This document shows positions 12,571 through 24,700 of a DNA stretch of 47,223 nt, one piece after another; position 1 is the stretch's first letter, and each line of letters begins with the position of its first letter. Source of the DNA: Octopus bimaculoides (taxonomy: Eukaryota); NCBI RefSeq assembly GCF_001194135.2, contig NC_068982.1, positions 108,105,348-108,152,570 on the forward strand, read 5' to 3'. The notes under the pieces are model-generated. The model had not been told where the DNA came from and searched no databases. It saw nothing but the letters and a program-made list of their open reading frames with translations. The position numbers and the translations under genes are program-made.

Positions 12571-13423
12571 GCCCACAGGCTAAAACTAGTAAAAGAATAT
12601 ACTTTGGACAAATTATTTTTTAATTCTGATCCTAAATTTGTCAAAAGAATTTGATCCCAGTAATAGAACTACTCGTCAGATTTTAGTGAATTTGGTCTGT
12701 AACACCAAAAGTTAGCCATTTTCTCTTCTCTGCTTTTCCATTAATTGGAGGCAGAAGATGTATAAACATTGCTTATATTGTGATGCTAGAAGAAAAGGGA
12801 AAAAAACAGAATAGAAAGAGTTGCAATAGCAGCTAAATCATGATTGTAAAATATTTAGTAAATATATTTGCTTGTTTCTCTAAATGCATTTCAGATATTT
12901 CAAAAGATTAACTTGCCAGGTCACCTCTAAGTACAAATCTTTATCGCAGATCCAGAAATGCTTACACAATATTTTAATAAACAGTTTATAATTTGTAATT
13001 TTATAGATTTATTTTATCTAATATTTGTAGAGAATTAGATATAGTTATTTGGCTTGAACCAATAATACTTATATAATAATATTATATTTTATTGATCACA
13101 GTAGAGTAAAAGATAAATGAAATAGTAAAATGCACTGAGTAAATTTTCAGTATTATTTCTAATTTATTTAGTTAGTAAAATCAAAAACTTAATTAAACAA
13201 TAAACCAACAACAAAATAAATATAATAAACACTCCAAACATGCACTCACATAAAACAAATACCACTAGTTAACAATTAAATACTGAAGCAAACAACTTTA
13301 TAAGTTCTAGATTAGTACCAAGAATAAAGAAAGCTCTAGTATATTTTATCAGTGGTTGGTACATTCCAAAATGGTTTAAAAAAAAAAAAAGCATTAATAA
13401 ATCCTATTATATAATTTGCATAC

Positions 13424-13473
13424 CTTGTGTTTTGGACAAAGCAAAGAGAAGTTTTCTTCATCAAGATAACAAC
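13424..13473 (-). CDS. TCF20: TCF20/RAI1-like PHD exon (50 nt; G-CYLDEENFSLLCPKHK)
   Basis: Acceptor ttgttttatcttctttcAG (13475-13474); donor AAG|GTATGC (13423-13422). Completes the split Gly codon and ends in the family's EENFS..CPKHK motif. Confidence 0.95.
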
Positions 13474-13764
13474 CTGAAAGAAGATAAAACAAATGGGCGT
13501 TAAATACATTCACAGGTTTCAACACAAGCAATATTGGAGAAACATTTCCATCCAAAGACCATGAAATTCAAACAAAATAAGACCAACGGAGTTGCCTGAG
13601 ATTTAAAATGGCCGGGAGGGGATTCATGTACTGTTGAGAAGGTTAGTGCCCAGTAGATATGAACATTTCCTTGACTATTATTGTTAAAGAAAACATTAAA
13701 CATTAACTGACAACTTTTTATAAGCCTAAAACTTCTTTAAACTCTTATATAGTATCTTTTATCT

Positions 13765-13970
13765 TTTACTTGTGTCAGTCATTTGACAGCAGCCATGCTG
13801 GGGCACTGCCTTGAAGGTTCTTAGTGGGAACAAATCAGCAGGACTTTTTTTTTAAGCTTAGTACTTATTCTATTGGTCTCTTTTGCTGAACCATTAAATT
13901 ACAGGGATGTAAACACACCAGCAGTCAAGTGATGGTGGAAGGGGACAAACACAAAGACACACACACACAC
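13765..13970 (-). mobile_element. SINE 3' portion
   Basis: gtcagtcatttgacagcagccatgctgg..agtacttattctattggtctcttttgctgaacc..gacaaacac; homologous to 31550-31765. Confidence 0.7.
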
Positions 13971-14928
13971 AATGTTGTTTAGCCCAAGGAGAGTTCTGGT
14001 GAAGCAGATTTTTGATCAAAGATACTCCAGCTTTTGAGTCTCAAGAATTCAGGTGTTGCTATGCTTGATTCTTAAACGAGCTTTTGATTAAGCTGATGTA
14101 AGTTACGGTTCTATCATATTTTTTCCTGCTGTTATTCATACAATAGTTGGTCAAGGGATACAACTCATTATTTCACAAATTGCAGTTATCTCATTCTCTT
14201 CTGTTTGTATTATGGCATTTCTGATTAGAGCAAATGAATTTTCTACATTTAAGAGATTGTAGAATAACTAGATTTTATACAATTTCTGTTAAATAACACA
14301 ACTTCATTCTCTACTCTTTATATTTTATACACTCCTAAAGAAAATCATTACCAAAAAGATTTATTGGATTTCAACTACACTATACATTATACCCATTTGC
14401 TTAGTTTTAGTTTACTATGTGTATTGTAGCTTGATCCATTAGAAGAGTTTTTTAATGAGAACCACCAGATTAGTTAAATCCATATATTGTACACTAAGTG
14501 TGTGTGTGTGAGAGAGAGATTGATTTCCACCTGTCAAATTCCATTTGCTGGTCAACCCAAGCTATAAGTACAAGGAAATTTGCTCAAAGTCTCATACATT
14601 GGAATCCAACAAGGAACCACATGTAAATGCATATGTCATATATGCATATAACAGAGCAATTATGCTTGTGTGGTTGACAAGTTCACACCACAACCACTTG
14701 ATCTATATAAATTTAATTCTCTTTTTTCCAGGACTTAAGTTTCAGACCAATCTTCTCACGTGAAGATCATGAGAGTATGAAACTCAAGCTGCTAGCATGA
14801 GTTTGGAACAAAATACATTTATATACATTTACTGTGGTGCAATTCACTGATACTGGTGCAAGGTAAATATATGCAATACAAAAATTTTGTTCGTTATTGT
14901 AAAATTGCTGTGAAAATAATAAACCTAC

Positions 14929-15022
14929 CCTTTTCTGCAGCACATATATAATGGTATTTCTGAGTGCAACCTTTATGAAGGCAGCCAACCATTGCACCTC
15001 GTTCTTTGCAAATAGAGCAAAT
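14929..15022 (-). CDS. TCF20: TCF20/RAI1-like PHD exon (94 nt; ICSICKERGAMVGCLHKGCTQKYHYICAAEK-G)
   Basis: Acceptor ttcttatgtatttttcAG (15024-15023); donor AAG G|GTAGGT (14928-14927). Phase 0 in, phase 1 out. Encodes CxxC..GAxxGC..C..YHYxCA of the ePHD. Confidence 0.95.
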
Positions 15023-15954
15023 CTGAAAAATACATAAGAAAACCATATTATTATGTAATGAAATAATACATTGACTGAATTGTCAGATCGTTAATGTTTT
15101 GAGTCAAATTCAAATATATGGACTGTGTTAGCAAGATGTAGTGCCAACTTGCCTCAGTCTAAAACTTCACTTCTATTTCAAAACCTGAATTGATACTGAA
15201 AAGGAAAAGATATCTAGACATAAATAACATATTTGAACAATTAATAAAATACTGCAAACTAGAGAAACATCCAACCTATTTAATTTAAATGTGTATTTGT
15301 AGTGAGTTCAAATTTTTCGCAAAGACTAATTCATCACTATAAAAGTAAAAATAAAACATCTCAAAAAAGAAAAAACACTTTTAAAAATGATATAATAAAA
15401 CCTAATTAAGAACAAAAACACCAGAGTCCCCCAAATATTACAAACTGACTGTTAACTATTTTGATGATATTTCATTGTTAATTTTGCTACTGGGTCAGTG
15501 GAATCAGTAACAAGAGGTGTTTTGATTGTTTTGAGGCTTGAGCCGGTTTGTGCACTATGAAAACACTGAGGCTTTTTATCCTCTATTACTAAAACCATGC
15601 TTTGCATCTTTTCAATATGGAACCAGTCTCAAAATTTAAAAGGTTTTCAATGTGATTAGCACCCACATCTTCCAGACATTTATCATGAGAAGATGACTGA
15701 TACTCTATAGTATTACTTCTCTGTATTTTATCACTGCCATGTAAGTCCACTGATCCAAATTCAGTGGCACATTATGTATAGTCATTTTAGTAGCGCAAAT
15801 AACTCATATAAGCAGGAAACAGATTAAATTCCTTTAAGATACAAGGGTTTGTGGAGTACTTTTTTTTTTACTCTTTTCTCACTTCAGAACTAAGCTCATA
15901 CAAACCCATACTATTTTTTCCCCTGAGGTACCAAATGCAAATACAAAGTCTCAC

Positions 15955-16287
15955 AGAAGCGATGACAAATGACTGAAACCTTTGGCGATATGCTGTGCTT
16001 GAGAAGACTCATCAAGCCAAGTGAAATCGTAGTCATAGCCAATGTCAGTGCCATGTATCTGGCACCAGTGCTGGTGGCACATAAAAGCACCCATGCTGAT
16101 GACATGTTAAAAGTATCTATTTTTAAAGATACTTTAAAAATAGTATTTTTTAGGAAAGGCATCCAGCCATAGAAACCATACCAAACCAGACTGGAACTTG
16201 ATGCAGCTCTCCAGTTTATCAGTTCCAGTCAAACCATCTAACCATGCCAGCATGGAAAGCAGACATTAAATGATGATGATGATGATA
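15955..16287 (+). mobile_element. RTE-type 3' UTR/tail fragment ending in (GAT)n
   Basis: gatatgctgtgcttgagaagac, tggcacataaaagcacc, ggcatccagcc, ccatgccagcatggaaa, (gat)n: the same blocks as the 3' end of the 35.2 kb RTE. Confidence 0.8.
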
Positions 16288-16379
16288 TTAATTACTTTCC
16301 AGCCTCTGCAGGGGAAAGGTTTTCTCATCATCATTCTTTTTATGCATTAGTAGGTGACTGATTCTTAATGAATGACTCA

Positions 16380-16880
16380 AAGCTTTACTAGTCCCAAGAC
16401 TGAACAAAGTATTCAGTCCAAGTGCTTGTGACACTATTTTTGTGAGACTCTAATATTGATAGAGAGTGTGAAGGTATTTTTTATTACTTGCTACATCTGT
16501 AAGGCTAAAGGCCAGTGTGTGTTTGTGATTTCCAAGCAATCAATTGAATGGTCTTTCTCTAGATGCAATCTAGGAGGCAGTATTAGTACCATCCCAAATG
16601 TGTGATGAGTACTCTGTTGTGAGCCTCACTTAAGCGTTGTTGGATGTCAGCAAATGTTGGGCCCTGCAAAGAAGAGCCAATCTTTGGGATGCAGTGTTAC
16701 TTCAGTTAAAGATGCACTTTTCACCAAGAGAGACCCTCAATGATAGAGACATTTAACATTTGGAGGGACCACAAGAGCTCTTGTTGAGTGCTGCTTATAT
16801 CTAAGGTGAATATGGGGTGACGTTTTCTTGATATAAGTAGTGTATCTTTTTGGCGACTGAAAGAGACTAGGTTGACATGA
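16380..16880 (-). mobile_element. CR1-like LINE 3' relic (RT thumb)
   Basis: NLVSFSRQKDTLLISRKRHP..LQMLNVSIIEGLSW; TASQRLALLCRAQHLL; (S)HIWDGTNTAS. Frameshifted. Confidence 0.7.
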
Positions 16881-17938
16881 CCCCCTCCATGCCTGGTGTA
16901 ACAGTTGTTTTCATTATTGTTGTTCATGTTCCCTTTATTCCTCTTTCACTTGCTGTTAATGGTGCTGGGATCTTTCTTGTTGTCGATGCTAGGGTTACTT
17001 CTTCATTCAACTTTTCACTGACACTCTACTCTCAACCTTTTCATTACTGGTCTTGTTAATGTTAATATCTTCATCTCACACAGCATTATTTTCTTGTTTT
17101 TGTTGTTGCCAACACTAGCACTGCTCTGCAAATAAAATGTTGCAACACAGCTGAGTTGCACCACAGTATAGACAGGACTACCAGAAATAACAACTACACA
17201 CTTAAACTACATTAAAACCCTCTGTCAAAATTTCATTAATTTATGATCCAGATTCTCCATTATTTTCTATTGGATCAAAGATGTATTTCAACAGAAATAC
17301 AGTAACAAAAGGGTGAATGTTAACACTGTCATGACAGTCATAGCTGTCTTACACTGTTTCTTCCTTTTCAAATGTCAAATACTTGATATTTTTAATAAAA
17401 TGTTTGTCTGCTGACTGCAGAGGACAGGAAAAAGAATCTGTGCCAACCCTAATGAGGAGAGACAGATTTTTAAACTCTCTTTCAAAAAAAAATCTTAATA
17501 ATAAAAATTCCAAATCAGAGAAACTTACTGAACATGACATAAGCTCACAGAGCATCAATGTGTACAGAGCTGCTCAGAGATAATGATGATGATGATGACA
17601 ACCACAATTTCTTCTTTAAACTATCTATGCCATTTTCATTCACTTTTATTTATTCTGTGAGGTGTCAAAATCTTTGTCACACATCTGTGACCTGGTCATT
17701 GACACAATTCTACAGCAATTGTTGTAAAATAGCATCTGGAGAGTTTTTATAGGTCTCAGTGGAGGTTTTAGGTCTATTACATAGCAATTGTTTAACTTCT
17801 TGATATGGGTCACAGTTAACCTTTAGGTTCAATTCTTTTATAAATTTATGTTTCATTATTACCATTCTTCCTATTTATTCTTCTCAACTTTTGCTATGAA
17901 GGTTAGTTTTTTAATGTAGAGACATTACTATATATAAA

Positions 17939-17942
<4 letters not shown>

Positions 17943-17987
<45 letters not shown>

Positions 17988-18178
17988 CACTCAAGAAGTT
18001 TGAAATATCTTCTTACATTACTTTTTTATTGAAAACAGATTCTTGCTGCATTGATGTATTTAAAAATTTGGCAAAGAAAAGCTGGGTGAAAGCAAACAAT
18101 TTAGAAATATGACACATATATATGCACATATCTGCACTCACACAAACGCATTTGCATATAACGATACACTTGTGTGTG

Positions 18179-18245
<67 letters not shown>
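17943..18245 (+). repeat. (TG)n microsatellites at 17943-17985 and 18171-18245
   Basis: Direct reading. Confidence 0.95.
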
Positions 18246-18248
<3 letters not shown>

Positions 18249-18309
18249 ACGTGATTATGGTCGCCCAGACTATTGGATGTTATTCATTACTGGTCACAAT
18301 GCGCTTTTG

Positions 18310-18537
18310 AATTGTTTTAGCTTTTGAATGATGCCACCCCACTGCCACTGGTTAGGTGAGCAGACCAACATTCCCTCTGATTAGAAGGCTAGCACATCAC
18401 AGGGTTAGTGGACTGGAGGAACATGAAATGAAGTGTTTTGCTCAAGAGTACAGCACGCTGCTCGGTTCAGGAATCAAACCCACAATCTAGCAATCATGAG
18501 TGCAACAGCCTAACCAGTAAGTCATGCATCTTCACAC
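18310..18537 (-). mobile_element. tRNA-head SINE
   Basis: Minus strand: tgacttactggttagg (A box), gggtttgattcc (B box), ttgagcaaaacacttcatttc..tccagtccac. Confidence 0.65.
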
Positions 18538-18796
18538 ACAGACACACACAAACTTAAGTACACATACAGTTCAAAAACAGAATTGAATAAAATGTTCTGC
18601 ATTAAGAAATAACTAAGAAAAAATTTTAAATATTCTAAAAAAAATGATTTAAAGAAATAGTGAATAATATAGATTCTTTAAAATGAAAAATATTCATTAT
18701 GTACAATGAACAAATTAACAGCAAATATAATGTGCTACCATCATAATCAAAAGTATGCACATATACACACATGCATATTTGAGAGGAAAACTTTCT

Positions 18797-19442
18797 AATC
18801 ATGTGAGGTAATGATTTCTTTTCTTGAACTTTTCTTGAGGATTGCAGGACAAAGTAAAATATTAGATGTTTACTATGAAGCTATACTTTCTGTATCTCAG
18901 TGATCAAAGCTTTGGCTGTAGTACAAGTTCAAGAAAAGAAATCATGTGAGGAAGCTGTGTAATAATAGGACCTACATGTTAAGAAGTTTTACTGAAGATG
19001 CTAAAAGTTTCTTTAATAAGTCTAGCTGCTGTGAGAAATAAAAATGTTCCCATTTCTGATACAGAAATTAAACTTAATGAGACTGGATTACATTGTCATT
19101 GTTACCAATACAGGCCTTCAGTTTCTTCAGATTATGGATTTTATCATCTTCTGAAGATGTTTGAGGCATGTAGAATTAATAGAACACAATTACATAGCAA
19201 AAGCTAATGTATTCATATAGTGATAAAACAGATAAAAACAGCATGTATCAAGACAGTTTTCTGTCACAGAGAGAGAGGGGCACAAAAAGAGGACCAATAC
19301 TATGAGCTAAAAAAAGGAATGTGTAGATGGCTAAACTCATTTCCTTAATTTGAGGATTGCATGATAAAGTAAGATATTAGATGTTTACTATGAAGCTATA
19401 CTTTCTGTATCTCAGTGATCAGAGCTTTGGCTGTAGTACAAG
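18797..19442 (+). repeat. 93-bp near-identical duplication (18835-18927 vs 19350-19442, 89/93) framed by a 21-bp perfect inverted repeat (18811-18831 / 18925-18945) and a 12-bp direct repeat (18797-18808 / 18940-18951)
   Basis: All arms compared base by base. Confidence 0.92.
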
Positions 19443-19477
19443 ATGCAACAGTACACCAACTCACAGCCCAATTGCTG

Positions 19478-19782
19478 TAAGAGATGTGGCTTAGTGGTTA
19501 GGATATTCAGCTCACAATCATAAGGTCAAGATTTCGATGCCTGGTGGCACATTGGGCAAGACATTTTACTTCATCATGCTTCAGTCCACCCTGCTGACAA
19601 AAATGAGTAGTATTTCAAAGGGCCAGCCTTGTCACATTCTATGTCACACCGAATCTCCCTGAGGAAGGGGGGGGGGCATGTCTGTGGAGTGCTCAGCCAC
19701 TTGCATGTTAATTTCACAAGCAGATTGTTCTGTTGATCAGATCAACTGGAATCCTCTTTATCATAGCTGATGGAGTGCCAGG
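19478..19782 (+). mobile_element. tRNA-head SINE (same head as 18310-18537, different tail)
   Basis: tggcttagtggttagg (A box), atttcgatgcc (B box), ttgggcaagacatttt..cagtccaccctgctg..aaatgagta. Confidence 0.7.
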
Positions 19783-20814
19783 TATATCAAAATTCAATAT
19801 TACAGTAGCAACTCTAAAAACCAGGAAAAAGTAGCCTCAAGAAAAGAAATCATTACCATCTTGATATCATCATCAAGCACAATGGTTTAAGAGTTTAGAT
19901 ATTGGACAACAAGCTAAAAAATTATTGACAGAAATTACACTATGGGTAGCAGATAGTGCTATTAAGTCAGTCCATAGCCTTACTATTAACCCTACTTATA
20001 TACTAGATGTTATATTCTACTTAGTAAAATGAAATTCTTTAAGTTTTTATTACTACAGTAGAACGTGCTTCATGTATATGGCAGAAGTGCAGTTAGGACA
20101 ATCAACAAGTAAATAATTACAAATGAATGAACTAGAAATAACAAAATAGAAGCTTAAACTTTGAAAGACAAAAGATATTTAGTACTTTAAAGGAAACATC
20201 TCATTTGTAATATGCTTTCCTTTCACAGTAGCACTGCTTACTGTTCTTAAAATGAATACAATTAGACCTAATCTTGACTGACACAAAAAGGCATCTACTT
20301 AAAGATAATGAATACATGAATCTTTAATTTATAGTATGAATTCATATTATTAAAAAATAAAAATTAGAATTAAATGTATTCCATTTCAAGTCAATTTGTT
20401 GCTTACTCTACCTTGTATGCAACAACTATTTTAAATTCACTCTAACCAATCTAGTAATTTTCTTCAACTTTACCAATTACTTTTGTTGTTCTTTGTTACA
20501 TTTCTGTTTTAATGTGCTGCTCCTGATATTTCAAGAGGTTACATCAATATTCTTCTATATAACTGACTTATACATTTTCTATACTGACATGGAGTGGACA
20601 AATTTGTAACAAGTCTTTTCTACAAGTGTTTATTATTATTATTTTGTTGTTTTATTTCATATGAGCTGTTCTAAATCTCATAAGTTGTAAATTTTACTGT
20701 GACTGTTATTTATGAGTAGCAATGATACATTGCTGAAAATGGAGACCAAATTCAGAGAGTTAAGTTTTCAATAAAAGCAGCTTGTAATATTTTCAATTTT
20801 GAAAGAGTTTACAA

Positions 20815-21280
20815 GACTGAGATATTCTCAGGTTGACAGAGTTTTTCTCATGATGTAGACAGTATCCATGAGAACAATTTTTTGTAATTCTGATACTTTG
20901 GGGTTTCTTCACTTGATCACAGTGTTTAAGAGTGTCGTTTGCTATTATCTCCAAAGCTCTGATAATCACATTTGCTATATTTTTCAGACCTCTGTTTCAA
21001 GGTCTCCATGTATCTACTTAACTTTCCAAGCATTTTCACAGAAATGTTGCTGTCTATTGGAATTGACATATCTATGAACAAACACATTGTGTCAAAGTGA
21101 TTTTTCACATTGAGAAGCTGGTCAATTAGTCTGAATAGCTCAATTAGTGTGAATACTGAAGTCCCAAAGAACAGTGATGTCTTTATTTACTATAACTTTG
21201 GCAGACTTATATTCTCACCAGTTTTTCTCATATGGAAGTCCAAACTGACCACATACGATTTGGTACAAATACCAATCCAG
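20815..21280 (-). mobile_element. R4/Dong-like retrotransposon C-terminal (RLE) relic
   Basis: YQIVCGQFGLPYEKNW*EYKSAKVIVNKDITVLWDFSIHTN*AIQTN*P..CLFIDMSIPIDSNISVKMLGKLSRY..SELQKIVLMDTVYIMRKTLS: the WDF..TD..I.ANRPD / IDxSxPxD signature. Confidence 0.8.
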
Positions 21281-21589
21281 TTTATTTTTATTTTATTTAT
21301 TTCTTCTGTTCAATAATTAATTGTTTCTATTCATCCTCAATCTTATTTGACACATTCAACCCTTTTCAAATAAAAAAAAAAGAAATATAAAAACAATGAA
21401 TTATGTTGCAAGAAAAATTTCCCACAGAATTAACTGAAATAGTCCAATTTCACATGAATGAATATTTGTTGCTTACCTTTTCTGTCATAATATAATCAAA
21501 TTTTAGGTTATAATCCCAATCTCTAGACCAGTCATATTTAGATAGTTATAGTATACATAACTTATTTTGTACCACCTCCACTATGTGTC

Positions 21590-21800
21590 TCAAGTTAATC
21601 ATTTAGCATTCAGATCGCTGTCAAATGTAATGCTTATTTATTCACAGTTTTGAATTAATCATGCATTATCTAATAAGTTCAAGATTTCAGTGATGAGATT
21701 GTTTATTTTTAGACTGACATTATTGAGAGGCCAGATCTGGCTGGCTTCAATGTAAGACAGGTAGAATATTTGACCTGGATATCATCAGTTTAAATGATAA
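21590..21800 (+). mobile_element. MITE-like dispersed repeat, with a second inverted copy at 40105-40300
   Basis: Shared gcttatttattc..gttttgaattaatca..gagaggc..gatctggc..aatatttga blocks. Ends are degenerate tttagcatt/aatg.taaag TIR-like sequences. The superfamily (possibly TTAA/piggyBac-type) is not established. Confidence 0.6.
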
Positions 21801-22099
21801 AGAATAATTCTATACCAGTATTATGGAACTCAATGATACATCATTCTCATCAATACACACAAGTTCAAAGGAATTATTTACAGTATCAAAAATAGCATGT
21901 CACTCTTCTTTTATTGTGTAAGAAAAGTTTTTGTTTTCTGACATAACATCAAAAAATTAATTAAGCAAACTGGTATGGAGATGCTGTTAATTTTGAGTGT
22001 TATTAATGTAACAATAATTAGTCAATGACAGATACATAATTTTAAACACGTTTACAAATCATTACATCACAATACATATTAAAGAGATAAAGGAGGAGG

Positions 22100-22350
22100 A
22101 ATGAAAATTGGAACATATGTAACATAATAGCTGTGTCGATAAAAGTACTGTTTGTGGATATATCCTTGAAATTATTGTTGAAAAGTTAAGATGTATATGC
22201 ACATAAACATGCAACAAAGACACAACAAAGTTGATGAGAGGTGGGGAAACATTTGGATCATGTGTACCTGAGTGGTAGAGGTATGAAATCAGTAAGCTCT
22301 GAGGAAGAGAGGCCATTATGGTAGTGATGGAAAAGCCAGACAAGTAGAGA
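22100..22350 (-). mobile_element. CR1-like LINE extreme 3' relic
   Basis: HHYHNGLSSSELTDFIPLPLRYT*..SHQLCCV resembles the YxxG.CSSEL..LIP C-terminal motif. Confidence 0.45.
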
Positions 22351-23328
22351 CAGAAAATTTATTTAAACCTATATAAGAGTATATGTCTAATTTCATTCAA
22401 AACCAACTTTGAGGTTAAAGCTCTGACTGAAAAACATGATCCTGACTGCATCAAAAACTGGATGAGAACCAGCTAGGTTGGAACTGCAATGCTCTAGTTG
22501 TTAAACCCACATTTTCATTTCGTGACTACCATTTATTTCAGTACAGTTGTCTCTCTTGCATTAAATGACTAACATAGATATCTGCTTCATAACTTGCAAT
22601 AAGTTACATTATTATACATATAACCAACAAATCTTGTTTGAAACATTTCTTTCGATATATACCAGGTCACTTTATTTACATGCAAACATTTTACACAAGT
22701 TCAGTTTATTTTTCCCTATTATATATAGCTTAGACATTATGCTACTTATTGTTATTAGCCATGCTTTAATAATCAAGATACACATTCTTATAAATTTTTT
22801 GAAGGTGGCATATCAAAGTGAAATTTGAGTAATGTAGAATTCTTTCAGGTGTGATAGTCATATCAAATGTCCACTGGTTTTGGGTTTAAAAAGAACCATG
22901 AAAAAATCAACAGCTGTGCACCCCAAATAACACTTATAACTATCAGTTTCAAATTAAAATGCACACGGCTAATGACACCTAAAAAGTTTAAAACAGTCAA
23001 CTGTTCAGTCATTATGGGTTGGGGGCAACAACGATGATGAGAAGTGGAAAAACAAGTGGTCAGGTCTGCTGGTGGTGGTATGAGGCCTACCAGCTTCAAG
23101 ATTTACAAAACGCTATTAGTAACTTTTTATTCATTAGAATACTGATTAATAAGTAGAAAGTTATGTACATATATGTCTGATAATGGTGATTTTCAAAACT
23201 TGTTTAAACACCTGAGTAAAACCCATTTTTTCCCTTAGGAAATAACTGAACTGACCATTGTATGTATATCAATGACATGTACCATCCTATAGGACCTATT
23301 TAGTTTTGTAGATTAGGCTATTCAAAAT

Positions 23329-23496
23329 TAGGGCATCCAGCTGTAGAAACTCTGCCAAATTTAGATTGGAGCCTTGTGTTCCAAATTTAGATTGGAGCCT
23401 GGTGTTGCCATCCGGTTTCACCAGTCCTCAGTCAAGTCGTCCAACCCATGCTAGCATGGAAAGCGGACGTTAAACGATGATGATGATGATGATGAT
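23329..23496 (+). mobile_element. 5'-truncated RTE-type tail ending in (GAT)n
   Basis: agggcatccagctgtagaaactctgcc..ccaacccatgctagcatggaaagcggacgttaaac(gat)n; little decayed. Confidence 0.85.
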
Positions 23497-24269
23497 ACAT
23501 AACATGGCCCTATAACATGGACTACTAACTCTTTGGGTAATATTCAAGCATCTGCTCAACTCTTTCAAACATGTGTGTACACCCAATTCAATAATATTTA
23601 AAACAAATTTGTAAATTAAGTCTCAGAAGAAATCTCTCATATATCATGTAGTAGTAGCAGTTATCTGTATCAGAAATGCATAACATACAACTTTCCAGTC
23701 AGATCCAACCATAAACGGATTTTGACTGGCTTGAGACAAGTAATGGAATATGATGTTTTTTCAGCTTGCAAATTACTTCACTAATGCGCTTTCAATGACC
23801 ACACTAATGGATCAAGACCACCTTATTTAATAATACATATTACTTACTCTACATACATGCTCACATTTTCAGATGCAAAAATTCAAACTTCTAAACAGAA
23901 ATCACTTCTCTGAAGAAATCAAAAATCCAGAAAGTAAACAACTGTTAGAAGAAAGGAAATATAATTCATACATATAAAGTGTTAAATTTTTTTTGTGCTT
24001 AAAACTGTGAATATGCAGATTATTTGCAAAGAACGTTCAAGACTAATCACTCCCTGTTCTATATCTTGTTTGCAGTGATATCCCACTTAAAACTTGATGG
24101 TTAAAAGGCATAATAAAGGGATAGATCATGCACATGTAGATTTATCACAACTTTTTGATACTTTTTTTTTTTTACCATAACAGGATATTAGCTAAACTAG
24201 ATATTTATGTGTTATGACACTTGTTGATTAACATCAATATTAAAATAAAACTGGAGGAAAAAGTTCAAC

Positions 24270-24700
24270 TGAATGCAAAATACAGCAAAATAGACTGTGT
24301 GTGCCAAGATTTACAAGATACTTGGATACAAGAATACTTCTTTGTAGAGCACTTTAGGAAACCAGTTTGTTTCTTTTACTTAGAAAATGTTGCTATGAAG
24401 AATGTTGTAAATACAAGATCACTATAGTGGAGATTTTAGCAAATTTTCTAGGCAGGCAAGGAATGAAGTTAAGTGATTGAAGACTAGTTTCAGAAAATCA
24501 ACTTTAATTTTTCACCAGCAAAAGCAGTGAAAGAGATATTCATGTCAGCCACAATGTTTCAAAACCTACTAAGAAAAGACGAAGCCTTTTACAGGAGAGT
24601 TTGTCAAAGAATGTTTAGTGATAGTGATAGCTATTATTTGTTAGAAATAGGTGTCTCACCTTTTACCTGTCCAATAAGAATTGAAGGATTGATGTACTCT
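24270..24700 (+). mobile_element. hAT (Charlie/SPIN, GTF2IRD2-like) transposase N-terminal relic
   Basis: KIDCVCQDLQDTWIQEYFFVEHFRKPVC (BED-finger start), then EKTKPFTGEFVKECL..IIC and RIEGL. Frameshifted. Confidence 0.7.

Noticed and set aside
13500-13703. Editing-complementary sequence for the 50-nt exon
   Set aside because: The best complementarity I could find is only about 8 bp.
19478-19560. tRNA gene (also 18460-18537, 9410-9470)
   Set aside because: The A/B boxes are degenerate, there is no convincing cloverleaf, and the sequence continues into SINE body.
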